A stretch of DNA of 64,000 bases from a virus. Under the pieces are notes generated by a model. That model searched no databases. It was not told where the DNA came from and worked only from the letters and a program-made list of their open reading frames with translations. Positions 50,901-59,318 of this stretch are shown piece after piece (positions within the stretch are counted from its first letter, which is position 1; each line of letters begins with the position of its first letter). The position numbers were made by a program, and so were the translations under genes. The DNA is taken from positions 87,965 through 151,964 of IMG/VR virus record IMGVR_UViG_3300018426_001942, one strand, 5' to 3'.

Positions 50901-51452
50901 AGTTTGAATTCCGCCTACTACTTCGCTTTTATTTGGTTTGCCAAATACGCCATTTACTGGTAATGAAGCATTAAGTACTTTAATAAACTGTTCATACCAG
51001 TTAGAGTTAGTACTGTCATTCCATTGAATTGTTTGTCCTGCTAGGTTTGTACCGTTAGAATCTATAATATCTTCTGTAGTTTTAATACCTGTAAATTTAA
51101 GTAGACCATTCGCTGATTGATTTCTACGAGGATTGTAGTTTAATAGCCTAGCTAATCTTAAAACAGATTCACGTCTTTCTGCAAGTTCTAAGAAGTTTTC
51201 TCTAGCGTTTAAGTCTATTCTAAATGATAAGTTTTGCCCGAGGAAAGCAATTAAGTCAATTAGTGCAAGATATTCACTAGATTCAATGTAATCGTTAAAA
51301 TCTTCAGGATAATTAGTCCTGAGATATTCTATCATTGTTCTTCTTAAGTTATCAAAATCGTAACTTTGAAAATCGGCATTACGGAAAGATTGGTAGACTT
51401 TCTTCCAATCTTCTGCAACTAATAATCTGTTTTGTCTATCGGTAGCTGACAT
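47985..51452 (-). CDS. gp6: Baseplate wedge subunit, T4 gp6-like
   Basis: DFDNLR..YL...YPEDFND..SSE...LIDLIAF..NARENFL..AERRESVL.LA..L.Y.P, and AP..Y..QNRMIT..DY; follows gp25. Confidence 0.85.
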   Translation of the reverse strand: MSATDRQNRLLVAEDWKKVYQSFRNADFQSYDFDNLRRTMIEYLRTNYPEDFNDYIESSEYLALIDLIAFLGQNLSFRIDLNARENFLELAERRESVLRLARLLNYNPRRNQSANGLLKFTGIKTTEDIIDSNGTNLAGQTIQWNDSTNSNWYEQFIKVLNASLPVNGVFGKPNKSEVVGGIQTDQYRVNGVNTDVPVFSFEKPVEGKSTPFEVVSMDIEDGSLVEEPPVPGNNFAFTYRNDTQGPGSSNTGFFAHFRQGRLESGQFSVTQPSPNQTVGIDAENINDSDVWLFKLDGNNNESELWSKLDAVEGNNVIYNSINKKIRNIYSVLTRVDDRINLIFSDGVFGNLPKGNFKAYYRVSENRNMVITPAAISNITVSIPYLSKKGRVQTLTITLSLQTTVANGSRTETNLSIKQNAPATYYTQNRMITGEDYNVAPLGVSQEIVKVKSVNRTSSGISRYFDIVDATGKYSNTNLYGNDGVVYKEYTIDKTSFNFDTQTDIEGIIINQIEPILDNKRVKHFYLDKFPKINTFDLNVFWKVVSEDTNTFTGQFESSTGEAYNVGTFTTNSLKYIEAGTSVKFQAPEGYHFMSDGSLMAGTPDHVGSSLYKWTKVVAVSGNGIQPGLTEIQGAIALGDKIPTGCRLVQVRPRLAESLTDDVKVEIIDQAFAYNDFGLRYDQTNRIWRLIKASDIDKRSSFGTGFSGNVTNSNLDASWLILFETNGETYKVTYRGLQYVFESDKEIKFYYDSADTMYNNKTGKTKKDKITVLNINTQPDNTSPFTSDFTFDILEAYRDKEGYVDTKKIEITFADRDNDGIIDDPELFDHIVAEDINPLTKLIMQEKYITGTGVEDFKYVDATSANIKIFLNQTSIGPLSAYTDGDIFYLQSSDTFKQYNQSQNELVTISDYKAFIGRDKLKFHYLHTADSNNRIDPSASNLIDTFMLTKTYDRNYRLWIDGQLSQKPLPPSSDELFRTYGRELNKIKSISDEVIYHPVKYKELFGSTAKTDLQATFKLVKNKDLVLNDNDIKTRCIEAINQYFALENWDFGDTFYFQELATYIMSRLAPDLVSVVIVPNQITQAFGSLFEIRSEPDEIFINSATVANIELIDEITATRLNASGNVVTSSDTDNVGITSSTSFVSSTSPNSGGSYY

Positions 51453-51471
51453 CTATTTTCCTCGTATAACG

Positions 51472-51497
51472 TATTTATTATAATGTGTTAAGTACGT
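51472..51497 (-). promoter_or_regulatory. Putative late promoter with upstream element: ACGTACTTAA-N10-TAAATA
   Basis: Intergenic, upstream of a GAGG SD and the gp6 ATG; the same spacing and motif occur at 59270-59295. Confidence 0.6.
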
Positions 51498-51507
51498 GTT
51501 TAATTCT

Positions 51508-51954
51508 TTACGCAAGAAGCCCTGCTTCTCTATCAAACTGTAGTCTCATAGATTCAGCTATACTGTAGTTCAAGTATATTAATGTACACTCAATTTGTAT
51601 TCCACTTTCATAAGTATCAACTACTACATTGTCTACTAGAACTCTAGGATCATAGTTTATGATCTGTTCAACATTTTCTACAATAGCAGATTTTAATGCT
51701 TCTGTAAGAGGATCAAAAAGAACATCCCATATTATTGTACCGAATTCAGGATTTTCTAGTTTTTCGCCTTGACGTATATGAAAATGATTTATTACGTCTT
51801 GCTTAATAACCGCAAGATCGTATAATCTAAAACCATCATTAGCAGGGTTTACTGTGCTAATGGACCTATAAGCCGCACTACTTGCAGGTTTCTTTTGTAC
51901 TTTTTGACTTGATACATTTACTCTTTTGTAAATATTTTTTTCTAACGTGCTCAT
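51508..51954 (-). CDS. gp25: Baseplate wedge subunit, T4 gp25-like
   Basis: IKQDVINHFHIRQGEKLENPEFGTIIWDVLFDP...INYDPRV gp25 signature. Confidence 0.9.
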   Translation of the reverse strand: MSTLEKNIYKRVNVSSQKVQKKPASSAAYRSISTVNPANDGFRLYDLAVIKQDVINHFHIRQGEKLENPEFGTIIWDVLFDPLTEALKSAIVENVEQIINYDPRVLVDNVVVDTYESGIQIECTLIYLNYSIAESMRLQFDREAGLLA

Positions 51955-51959
51955 ATCTA

Positions 51960-51965
51960 TATTTA
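51960..51965 (-). promoter_or_regulatory. Putative late promoter TAAATA just upstream of gp25 (near-leaderless)
   Basis: TAAATA sits 5 nt before the ATG at 51954, with no SD. Confidence 0.5.
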
Positions 51966-51969
51966 CCCC

Positions 51970-54402
51970 CTATGCAAGTCCTGATTCTCGTGCATTTCTG
52001 ACCGCTGCAACTAACTCTGTAGTGCTTATTAATGACCTGTTTAATCCATCACCTGCATAATAACTTTCTCCAGGATTTACAATACGTGATGCACCTTGTG
52101 TTCTTTGTGTAACTGGTAAACTTGCCCATTCTTGTGCAATAGCTTTTAAAAATGCTGACTCTGAAAGAGATCCTGCAACGTATCTGTCAAGTCCTCTGCC
52201 TTGTAGCAATCGTCTAGCCATAGCATCTTGTGTAGTAGGATCAAATTTATCTGTTCTAGATGCAACACCTAACTGATCTACTAGGTAGACTAAGGTTCTT
52301 TTAATAATTTGATACCTACCTGCAGCAGAGCTCGCAGAGCCTGCATCTACTGATGCTGTCTGCCAGTCGATAACTTCTTGTATAGTAAGCTGTGTTAGAC
52401 TTTTTCCATAAAGTGTTTCAGGAGTAATCCTGCTTCCGCCAAATACAGTATTGTAACCTGCGCCTTCTGCTCTACTAATCATATCTAATAAATTACCGTC
52501 TGGGCCAACTGTTGAGAATGATTGTGGTGGTGTTAGAGTATCTCCGCCGGATCCTCCTTGTTCTGTAACTGGATTAACTCCACTAGTGTTAGGATCTAAG
52601 TTTGGATTAGTGCCGCCACGTGTTCCGTCTCCTGCGGCTCCTGCTGCTGTTGCTCCTGATCCTCCAGAAAAACTCTTTCTAAACGTATCTGCTGAACTTC
52701 TATATTGTGCAACACTAAGAACAACAGGATTAGTAATATCTGTTCTTTCGCTTTTTACCATTATTGGATCTAAATTTTCATGTTGATAATATGGCTCGTG
52801 TGTCGGCATTCTTTTTACGAAAGTAGAAATATCTGAGGATATGTCTGTTCCGGGTGATGTTTTTGGAACTGTCCAATTTTTAAGATAGATAAAATCTACA
52901 GCATCTTCTGCGTCAGTTGCCGCTGTTCCGTTTGTTGCTATATCACTATTAAGATATACATTTGCACCATCTACGTTAACATCTGCTGATGCATTTAAAT
53001 CTATTAAACCATCTGTTGCTGTTAATTTTCCTACTTTACCAACTAGGTGTAAAGTTTCATCTGTGTTAACGTGTAAATCTTCTACTGTGCGGACATGACC
53101 TTGGGCATCTGCTAACACATATAAATTTGCATTTGTGTGATGATGTATATCTCCTTCTACAAGTGTTTTTTGATATCCAGTAACTTTAGTTTCTTGATAT
53201 CCTTTTACATTTACAAGCATATTTTGTTCTGAAAGCATTTTTGTATCAAACTTACTTTCAATTTGTACGTTACCGCTACCTCCGTTACTTTGAAAGCCAG
53301 TATACCTAGCACTTGCTCTTACATTAACATTTCTGCCGCCTTCAATATTAACATCTCTATCTGCTGTTAAATTTATATCCGAGTCACTATGAATAGAAAT
53401 ACTGTCTAATCCGTAAACATCAATTTTACCATCACTAGTTAATTCAACCCATGCTGTTCCCCTACTGTTAGCAATATAGATAAAGTCTTCTGCATTATGC
53501 ATTAATATCTGATGACCGGTTCGAGTTCTAAATCTCATTACCTCATTATGGGGTATAGTTTTATCCCCAAATAATTCACCGCCTTCTACGTTTGCATATA
53601 TAGGAGGTCCTGCTGATGCATGAGATACTCTTAGTAATTTGTCATCACCGTCGTCCATAACAAAACTAGAGCCGCCTAAGCGATTAACAAATGCCGAGTA
53701 TTTTAGTCCTGCTTCACCTTGTAATCCTCTTGGTGCGCCTGAACGCTTGTCAATTGGTCCTGGGGTGCTAATACCAAAAACAGAACTCGGAGCTTCTCTT
53801 CTAGCACTAGAAGTTGTTGTTCCTCTGTTTTCATCTCTAATTAAACCTTGTATTTCTAAAGTTTGTGAAAAATCTTTATTATATGGTTTAGGATATCTTG
53901 TTGGGTCTCTGCCAGAGCCTCGTTCAACTTTTTTATTATATTCGCCTACAGGTAATTTTAATCCTTGTAGATTGTCGGGTGTTGCTGCGGTAGTTATTTC
54001 AGTTGATGCTCTTCCATCAGGAACCATGAAATTCATAAACTTATCTTGAACACATCCTATCCAAAATCCGTTTGATATATCACCTTCTGCAAAAATAACT
54101 AGAACACGTGATCCAATATCAGGAGGAACAAACCACATACCATAACTTTTTTGAGTACTTGCATAACCGTCATTTGCCGTTGCTGTATCTAATGATGTTA
54201 CTCCGTAAAACGGAGACAGATACCTAACCTCAATAGACGTTCCAATTTTTTCAGGTAAACTACCCGAAGTATTATTTTTCAAAACATCTACTTTAAGACT
54301 ACCCATATAGGTAGGGTCAAGGTTACTTACAACTATAGCCTCGTAAGGACCAGTTCCTATATCATCTAAGTTTCTATAATTTGTACGTCTACTTTGTGGC
54401 AA
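51970..54402 (-). CDS. gp5: Baseplate central spike, gp5/VgrG-like, with a C-terminal lambda-type lysozyme domain
   Basis: OB-fold DPTYMGSLKV..WFVPPDIGSRVLV.F..G; RTRTGHQI; beta-helix V.G repeats; C-terminal AEG.GYN..FGG..SAAGRYQII..QEWASLP. TTG start with GAGG SD. Confidence 0.82.
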   Translation of the reverse strand: MPQSRRTNYRNLDDIGTGPYEAIVVSNLDPTYMGSLKVDVLKNNTSGSLPEKIGTSIEVRYLSPFYGVTSLDTATANDGYASTQKSYGMWFVPPDIGSRVLVIFAEGDISNGFWIGCVQDKFMNFMVPDGRASTEITTAATPDNLQGLKLPVGEYNKKVERGSGRDPTRYPKPYNKDFSQTLEIQGLIRDENRGTTTSSARREAPSSVFGISTPGPIDKRSGAPRGLQGEAGLKYSAFVNRLGGSSFVMDDGDDKLLRVSHASAGPPIYANVEGGELFGDKTIPHNEVMRFRTRTGHQILMHNAEDFIYIANSRGTAWVELTSDGKIDVYGLDSISIHSDSDINLTADRDVNIEGGRNVNVRASARYTGFQSNGGSGNVQIESKFDTKMLSEQNMLVNVKGYQETKVTGYQKTLVEGDIHHHTNANLYVLADAQGHVRTVEDLHVNTDETLHLVGKVGKLTATDGLIDLNASADVNVDGANVYLNSDIATNGTAATDAEDAVDFIYLKNWTVPKTSPGTDISSDISTFVKRMPTHEPYYQHENLDPIMVKSERTDITNPVVLSVAQYRSSADTFRKSFSGGSGATAAGAAGDGTRGGTNPNLDPNTSGVNPVTEQGGSGGDTLTPPQSFSTVGPDGNLLDMISRAEGAGYNTVFGGSRITPETLYGKSLTQLTIQEVIDWQTASVDAGSASSAAGRYQIIKRTLVYLVDQLGVASRTDKFDPTTQDAMARRLLQGRGLDRYVAGSLSESAFLKAIAQEWASLPVTQRTQGASRIVNPGESYYAGDGLNRSLISTTELVAAVRNARESGLA

Positions 54403-54412
54403 TTTTTAACCT

Positions 54413-57400
54413 CTAGATTTCAATTTCGTCACCAAATTCATCATATGTTGAAACAGGTGTGCTACTACTTACAGCTACTTCGTCGCCGAATTCATTATAC
54501 GTTACACCACTACTAGTAGTTGTAACAGGTGTACTTACTTCTACACCCTGATTAGTATAAAAATTTGCTATAGCTCTAATTTTATTTCCTGCTTTTACAT
54601 CATATAAGTTATCTAGTGCATCTGTAGGGAAATAAGGACGCAATGTGGATTCACCAAATTGTCCTGATTGGAATTGTTGCTCTCTTAATGCAAAATCGTT
54701 AGCAACCGAATTTACTCCGCTAACTCTAGAACCAGATGCTGCTACAAAACTTGCTTTAGGAGTTCCATCTGGGTTATGAGTTGCGGCATATCTACGATCC
54801 CAAGTTTCTTGTGCATTTTGTCCTGATGCAGGTCTTCTTCTTACTGTTTCAGATGATGGTTGAGGTTGTCTTTGTTCTGGCTCAGAAGGTGCTGTCTCTG
54901 GAGCATCTTCCGGTACACGTTGACCACTTTCCGGTGTGCCTGGTATTAAACCATTTCTAGGCCAATCTAATTGACCGCCTTCTCGTTTTGCCGCACTAAA
55001 ATGCATCGCATCAATCGAGCTTCGCCAGTCTCCTCCCCAACCTAATCCGTATTTTTCAGCAAGTGCTTTCATTTGCGACCCTGTGCCGCCTTCTGGCATA
55101 TCTGTGTATGGTTCAGGAGCATCTTCAGGTCTAGGTCTAATCATAGGGTTTTGTGTAGCGTTTATATCAATGGCCAAGCCACTTGCATGGTAACTAGGAC
55201 TTGTACTTCCTCTAGCGTTTCTTTGAACATAACCGCCGAGTGATCTAATTTCGTATCCGTAGTCATTTTCTAGTTCGTCAATAAGTCCTTGAAAATTTTC
55301 TGCATAGATTGCCGCAACCTGTGTTGTTTTACCTGTAGAAGATCTTATAGTTGCAAGGGCTCCGTTTGAACCACTTGGTGGAACAATTTCGCTGTCTCTT
55401 ACCGTTGTATTTTCTTGCGGATCAGTACCTACTTCTTCAGTTGGTTCGCCGTCTGCTGTATTAACACCCTCGCATGCAGGTAACTCTACAAGAGCTTGAT
55501 CGTTACTTATACCTTCTGTACTTTGATTTCGTCTTCTTACCAATTCAAGGGTTTGAGTAAACTTATTTCCACTTATTCTACTATTAACAGTTATGACCTG
55601 GTATACTCCGCTAAAACTATCTACAGCAATAGTTTGTCCTGGAAAAAACATAGTACCATTATTGTTATAGTCTATAGGAGTTCTAAAGTTTATAATAACA
55701 TCTATTTCATTTCTTTGATGATCTATAGAGCCGGTTGCTGTAATATTTTTTGAGCCTCCTCTCGGTGCTGTCCAGTTACCTACTCCGCTATCAGGTATAA
55801 AATACGGATCACCCCAAATTTCTAATTCTGCTGTTATAAGATCTGCTTTACTATTCAACAATGCATTATGAAACATCTTAGCAACAGCTTCGCCGTATTG
55901 TTTATTGTAACTACCGCCATTAAAATTACCGGCCCTCATTACACTCCTTGTTCTACCTTCAGGCACAGTTTGTCCTGGTGTAGGTCTACCTAGTGCAGGA
56001 TCTCTTGGAGTAACAGTAATACTTTCTCTATCATTAACAACATCAGATGCTTGTAATTGGCCCATATCCATGCGTATTGCTTGGAAGAATGCTGCATTAA
56101 ATTTTATTTCAAATCCTAACACATCTTCATTTTGTCCGCTGTAAATGTAATTGTATGTTTTTACACAATGCCTTGCTTTTTGTATCAATCCAGAATTTGC
56201 TTGGCTAGGAGCACTAAATCTACTTGCATCAACTTTGTAAGGTACTACATCAAATACATATATTTTTGGTGATTCACCTGTTTCTGTCTCGTGTGCTGAA
56301 TCTGGTACTACATAACATTTAGCTTCAATTTTAAACCAATCTATTTCGCCCTTGTTGTCTACTCGTTGTAATGCAGATCTACCGTATTCACTAACAAGCA
56401 CCATTTCTTCTATGACTTTAGTAATTGGTGTTCCTTGTGTAAATTTAAACGTTCTGTTAGTATCGCTAATTGTCATTTCTACACCGTTACGTTTGTAGAC
56501 ATTAGCTTCCTCGTCATATGTATATAATCCTAAGCCAAAAGGACTATCTCCGCCTGCGGTAAATTCTGATATCATAGAACTAGCACCAATAGCATTAAGA
56601 TTAGTTATACTATCTCCTTTAAGTGACTGTAGCAAAGAATTGCTGCTTGTATCTATACCAATATTTCTAAAAAATGTTGTAAGGCCGTCTTCTTCAACTT
56701 CGGCAGCTTGCTCTCCTCGTCTAGAAGATAATGCTTCAGCATCACTAATAGTAGCTCTGTTTTCTGTTGCTGTTGGACTTATATTTCCAATATCTCCTGC
56801 TCTTGTAGTTGGAAATCTAATCAAATAATAATCTGAAGCCGGTGAACAAGTGTCTTCGGCAATTTGTTTTAATTTGTCATTTATAATTGTAGACAGTCCT
56901 TGCTCTCCTGTAGACAAACATTCTACAAGATCATTTCCTGTAATACTAACAGTATCTTGAAGTGTCATTACATCATCTTGAAATGTTTGTTCATTCCATG
57001 GAATGCAATTTACTTGATATGTACTACCGCCCGACTCTACATCAAATTCAACAGTTGTTAGTTTAAAAGGCAATTTTCTATTACTGTACGATACTGGTTT
57101 GCCGCCGTCGTCGTCCCAGCCTACAAAATCTAATTCTAACAAATACGGTGCTTGTAAATAGTTTTGAAATCCTGCATCAAAAGCCGCACTTTGTAAAGAT
57201 TGTAAAAATAACCCCATAGAGTATGGCTCTTTTACACTAAAACTAAAATTAATAGCCTGTGAAGTACCTGTTCTGTTATTAGGAGATATTATAGATGTCA
57301 TTTCAAAATCATCTATAAAATATTCTAAGTTACCTGCTTCCTCTCCTATAGAATCATAATAAGTTTGTATACGTTTATTATCTATACCGCCGCCACCGGA

Positions 57401-58057
57401 TCTTAGTATAGTAAAATCTGCACCACGCTTAATATACGTCTCTGATGGATTATTTGCACTGTCTGCTGTTAATACACCTAAACTAAAAATACAGTTGTAA
57501 CTTTGAAATTGTCTTAGCGGATTTTTTATTGTAACACCTGGTGCAGAAGGCTCTCTTTCTGGAGCACTTAGACTTCCTCTAGCAGACTCTGTAAATTTTT
57601 CTACAAATTGTTCAACTTCTTGTTCTACAGACTGTAGTGTTAGACTATTGATTTGACTTTCTAGATCTGCAACAGCCGAGTCTATTCCATTTGCTAAACT
57701 TCCTGTTAACGGAACTACTTGATCTACTAAATTCTGTGCTTTGCTTGCTAATGAATTGCCAAAGCCGTTTGCAAACTGATTTAAACTAGGAGGAAAAATA
57801 GCACTAGGATCGTCAATATTTGCCAAAGACGGTATGCTGTTTCCAAGACTTGCTATTCTATTTTGTAACCCAGCTGTGTCAAGACCAATGCTATCTGGAA
57901 GTTGTATGTTAATCTTAGACGATGCATCAAACACATTGCGTGAAACTAAATCAAATTGTTCAGTTAACGCTGCGGTATCGACGCTTTCAACAGCTTCGCC
58001 TAGACTACTTGCTAATGTCTGAGCTTTGTTTGAAATAATTGCACTAGGATTAATCAT
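54413..58057 (-). CDS. Baseplate hub protein (gp27/GpD-like) with a peptidase M15 domain
   Basis: Hub-type LEIWGDPYF and FSGVYQV..V.S.I.G.KFTQTLELVR; M15 motifs SYHASGLAID, GLGWGGDW, DAMHF. Confidence 0.72.
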   Translation of the reverse strand: MINPSAIISNKAQTLASSLGEAVESVDTAALTEQFDLVSRNVFDASSKINIQLPDSIGLDTAGLQNRIASLGNSIPSLANIDDPSAIFPPSLNQFANGFGNSLASKAQNLVDQVVPLTGSLANGIDSAVADLESQINSLTLQSVEQEVEQFVEKFTESARGSLSAPEREPSAPGVTIKNPLRQFQSYNCIFSLGVLTADSANNPSETYIKRGADFTILRSGGGGIDNKRIQTYYDSIGEEAGNLEYFIDDFEMTSIISPNNRTGTSQAINFSFSVKEPYSMGLFLQSLQSAAFDAGFQNYLQAPYLLELDFVGWDDDGGKPVSYSNRKLPFKLTTVEFDVESGGSTYQVNCIPWNEQTFQDDVMTLQDTVSITGNDLVECLSTGEQGLSTIINDKLKQIAEDTCSPASDYYLIRFPTTRAGDIGNISPTATENRATISDAEALSSRRGEQAAEVEEDGLTTFFRNIGIDTSSNSLLQSLKGDSITNLNAIGASSMISEFTAGGDSPFGLGLYTYDEEANVYKRNGVEMTISDTNRTFKFTQGTPITKVIEEMVLVSEYGRSALQRVDNKGEIDWFKIEAKCYVVPDSAHETETGESPKIYVFDVVPYKVDASRFSAPSQANSGLIQKARHCVKTYNYIYSGQNEDVLGFEIKFNAAFFQAIRMDMGQLQASDVVNDRESITVTPRDPALGRPTPGQTVPEGRTRSVMRAGNFNGGSYNKQYGEAVAKMFHNALLNSKADLITAELEIWGDPYFIPDSGVGNWTAPRGGSKNITATGSIDHQRNEIDVIINFRTPIDYNNNGTMFFPGQTIAVDSFSGVYQVITVNSRISGNKFTQTLELVRRRNQSTEGISNDQALVELPACEGVNTADGEPTEEVGTDPQENTTVRDSEIVPPSGSNGALATIRSSTGKTTQVAAIYAENFQGLIDELENDYGYEIRSLGGYVQRNARGSTSPSYHASGLAIDINATQNPMIRPRPEDAPEPYTDMPEGGTGSQMKALAEKYGLGWGGDWRSSIDAMHFSAAKREGGQLDWPRNGLIPGTPESGQRVPEDAPETAPSEPEQRQPQPSSETVRRRPASGQNAQETWDRRYAATHNPDGTPKASFVAASGSRVSGVNSVANDFALREQQFQSGQFGESTLRPYFPTDALDNLYDVKAGNKIRAIANFYTNQGVEVSTPVTTTSSGVTYNEFGDEVAVSSSTPVSTYDEFGDEIEI

Positions 58058-58360
58058 TTATATTCCTAACACTCTTTTTAAACTATCTGGTTTTGGCAGG
58101 TATATAGTTGTTCCTGCAACCATATCAAATACAGGATCTTTTAAAATATTCATATTGCGCTGTGCAAATACCCACCATAGTTTAGGACTACCATAATAGT
58201 CATATGCAAGTAAATCTGGTCTGTAAGTATACTGTGTTTCTATTGTATATTGTACATCATCTGAAGATGACGGAATTGGACGTATTCGTAATACATCTAA
58301 TGCACCTGTTCTTGTATAGCCTGTTTTATGCCAAGGACTAGAACTTTTATAATTAGCCAT
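58058..58360 (-). CDS. gp53: Baseplate wedge protein, gp53/LysM-like
   Basis: YTIETQYTYRPDLLAYDYYGSPKLWWVFA..N...DP.FD...G..I.LP. Confidence 0.72.
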   Translation of the reverse strand: MANYKSSSPWHKTGYTRTGALDVLRIRPIPSSSDDVQYTIETQYTYRPDLLAYDYYGSPKLWWVFAQRNMNILKDPVFDMVAGTTIYLPKPDSLKRVLGI

Positions 58361-59250
58361 TAAATAAAGCCCTCCCCGCCGTTAACATATCCACCGTTAA
58401 CAAACTTTTGTAAATTAAATTCACTAACACGTCTTCTTGAAAATGTAGGTTTGAGTGTTATACTTATTTGTGAGTTTGATGGCGCCCAAGTTGTTGCACC
58501 ATTTTCTGCTCCTTGCAAATCAACAGCAATATAATCAACATCTGCTGGTAAGTCTACTGTAAAGTTTGAAATAACTACAGGAACATTGTTAAAAACATAA
58601 TCTCCGTATCCGTTTAATCTAACAACAGGAGGAGGTGCTCCTGCGTTTTCAGAACTTTCACCATAAAACATTTTTGTAACTGTTCTTAGATAATGTATAA
58701 CAGCTACCCAATATCTTCCTTCGTCTGCATTTTCTACAGGAAATTCGCCTGTAATAATAATATCGTCTGCTTGACTGTTTTCGTAAACCTGGAATGGATA
58801 GTTTGTATGCACAGGCTGTAAAGTATTGTAATTTGCACTGTGGCTTATAATAATAGTAGGCGTTAAAGGAAAACATAGCCCGCCTGTTGCAGCTAAAGGA
58901 GACAGTAGTTTAGCATCTTTTACATTTGGAGAAGTTGGCATTGATAGTTTTACACGCCAATCAGCATCTTTTGCTGTAGCAGAAAAACTTTTACTAACAT
59001 TTGATTCTACACGACCTGTCTCAGCTGACGGTAAATTTATACTTCTTATAAGTTTGTTAAATCCAGTAGCGCCAAAGGCAAACGATGCTGCATCTTTAAT
59101 TGCATTATCAATGAATCCTACACCTGTGTTGAGTTTATCTCCAATAAAGTTTTGTACTGACGCTTCTGCATCATTTTGTAGTTGAGTCAGGGCTCTATTA
59201 GCCTGTGTCCTGACCGCTCTGCCTATACTGTCAAAGGGATTAGTTGCCAT
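58360..59250 (-). CDS. Tail tube initiator / baseplate-tube junction protein (gp48/gp54-like)
   Basis: FP.TP.I...H.A.Y..HTNY; PPVVRLNGYG...NVPVVI..F..DLP tube-fold pattern; position before gp53, hub and gp5. Confidence 0.65.
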   Translation of the reverse strand: MATNPFDSIGRAVRTQANRALTQLQNDAEASVQNFIGDKLNTGVGFIDNAIKDAASFAFGATGFNKLIRSINLPSAETGRVESNVSKSFSATAKDADWRVKLSMPTSPNVKDAKLLSPLAATGGLCFPLTPTIIISHSANYNTLQPVHTNYPFQVYENSQADDIIITGEFPVENADEGRYWVAVIHYLRTVTKMFYGESSENAGAPPPVVRLNGYGDYVFNNVPVVISNFTVDLPADVDYIAVDLQGAENGATTWAPSNSQISITLKPTFSRRRVSEFNLQKFVNGGYVNGGEGFI

Positions 59251-59269
59251 TCAGTTCTCCTATATGTAT

Positions 59270-59295
59270 TATTTAGTTGACATAATTAAGTATGT
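59270..59295 (-). promoter_or_regulatory. Putative late promoter with upstream element: ACATACTTAA-N10-TAAATA, for the baseplate operon
   Basis: TAAATA at 59275-59270, then an AGGAG SD and the ATG at 59250. Confidence 0.6.
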
Positions 59296-59305
59296 AGTTT
59301 ATAAT
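59277..59305 (+). promoter_or_regulatory. Perfect sigma70 consensus promoter TTGACA-N17-TATAAT for gp55
   Basis: -35 at 59277-59282, -10 at 59300-59305. Confidence 0.85.
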
Positions 59306-59318
59306 ATGACTATTAAAC

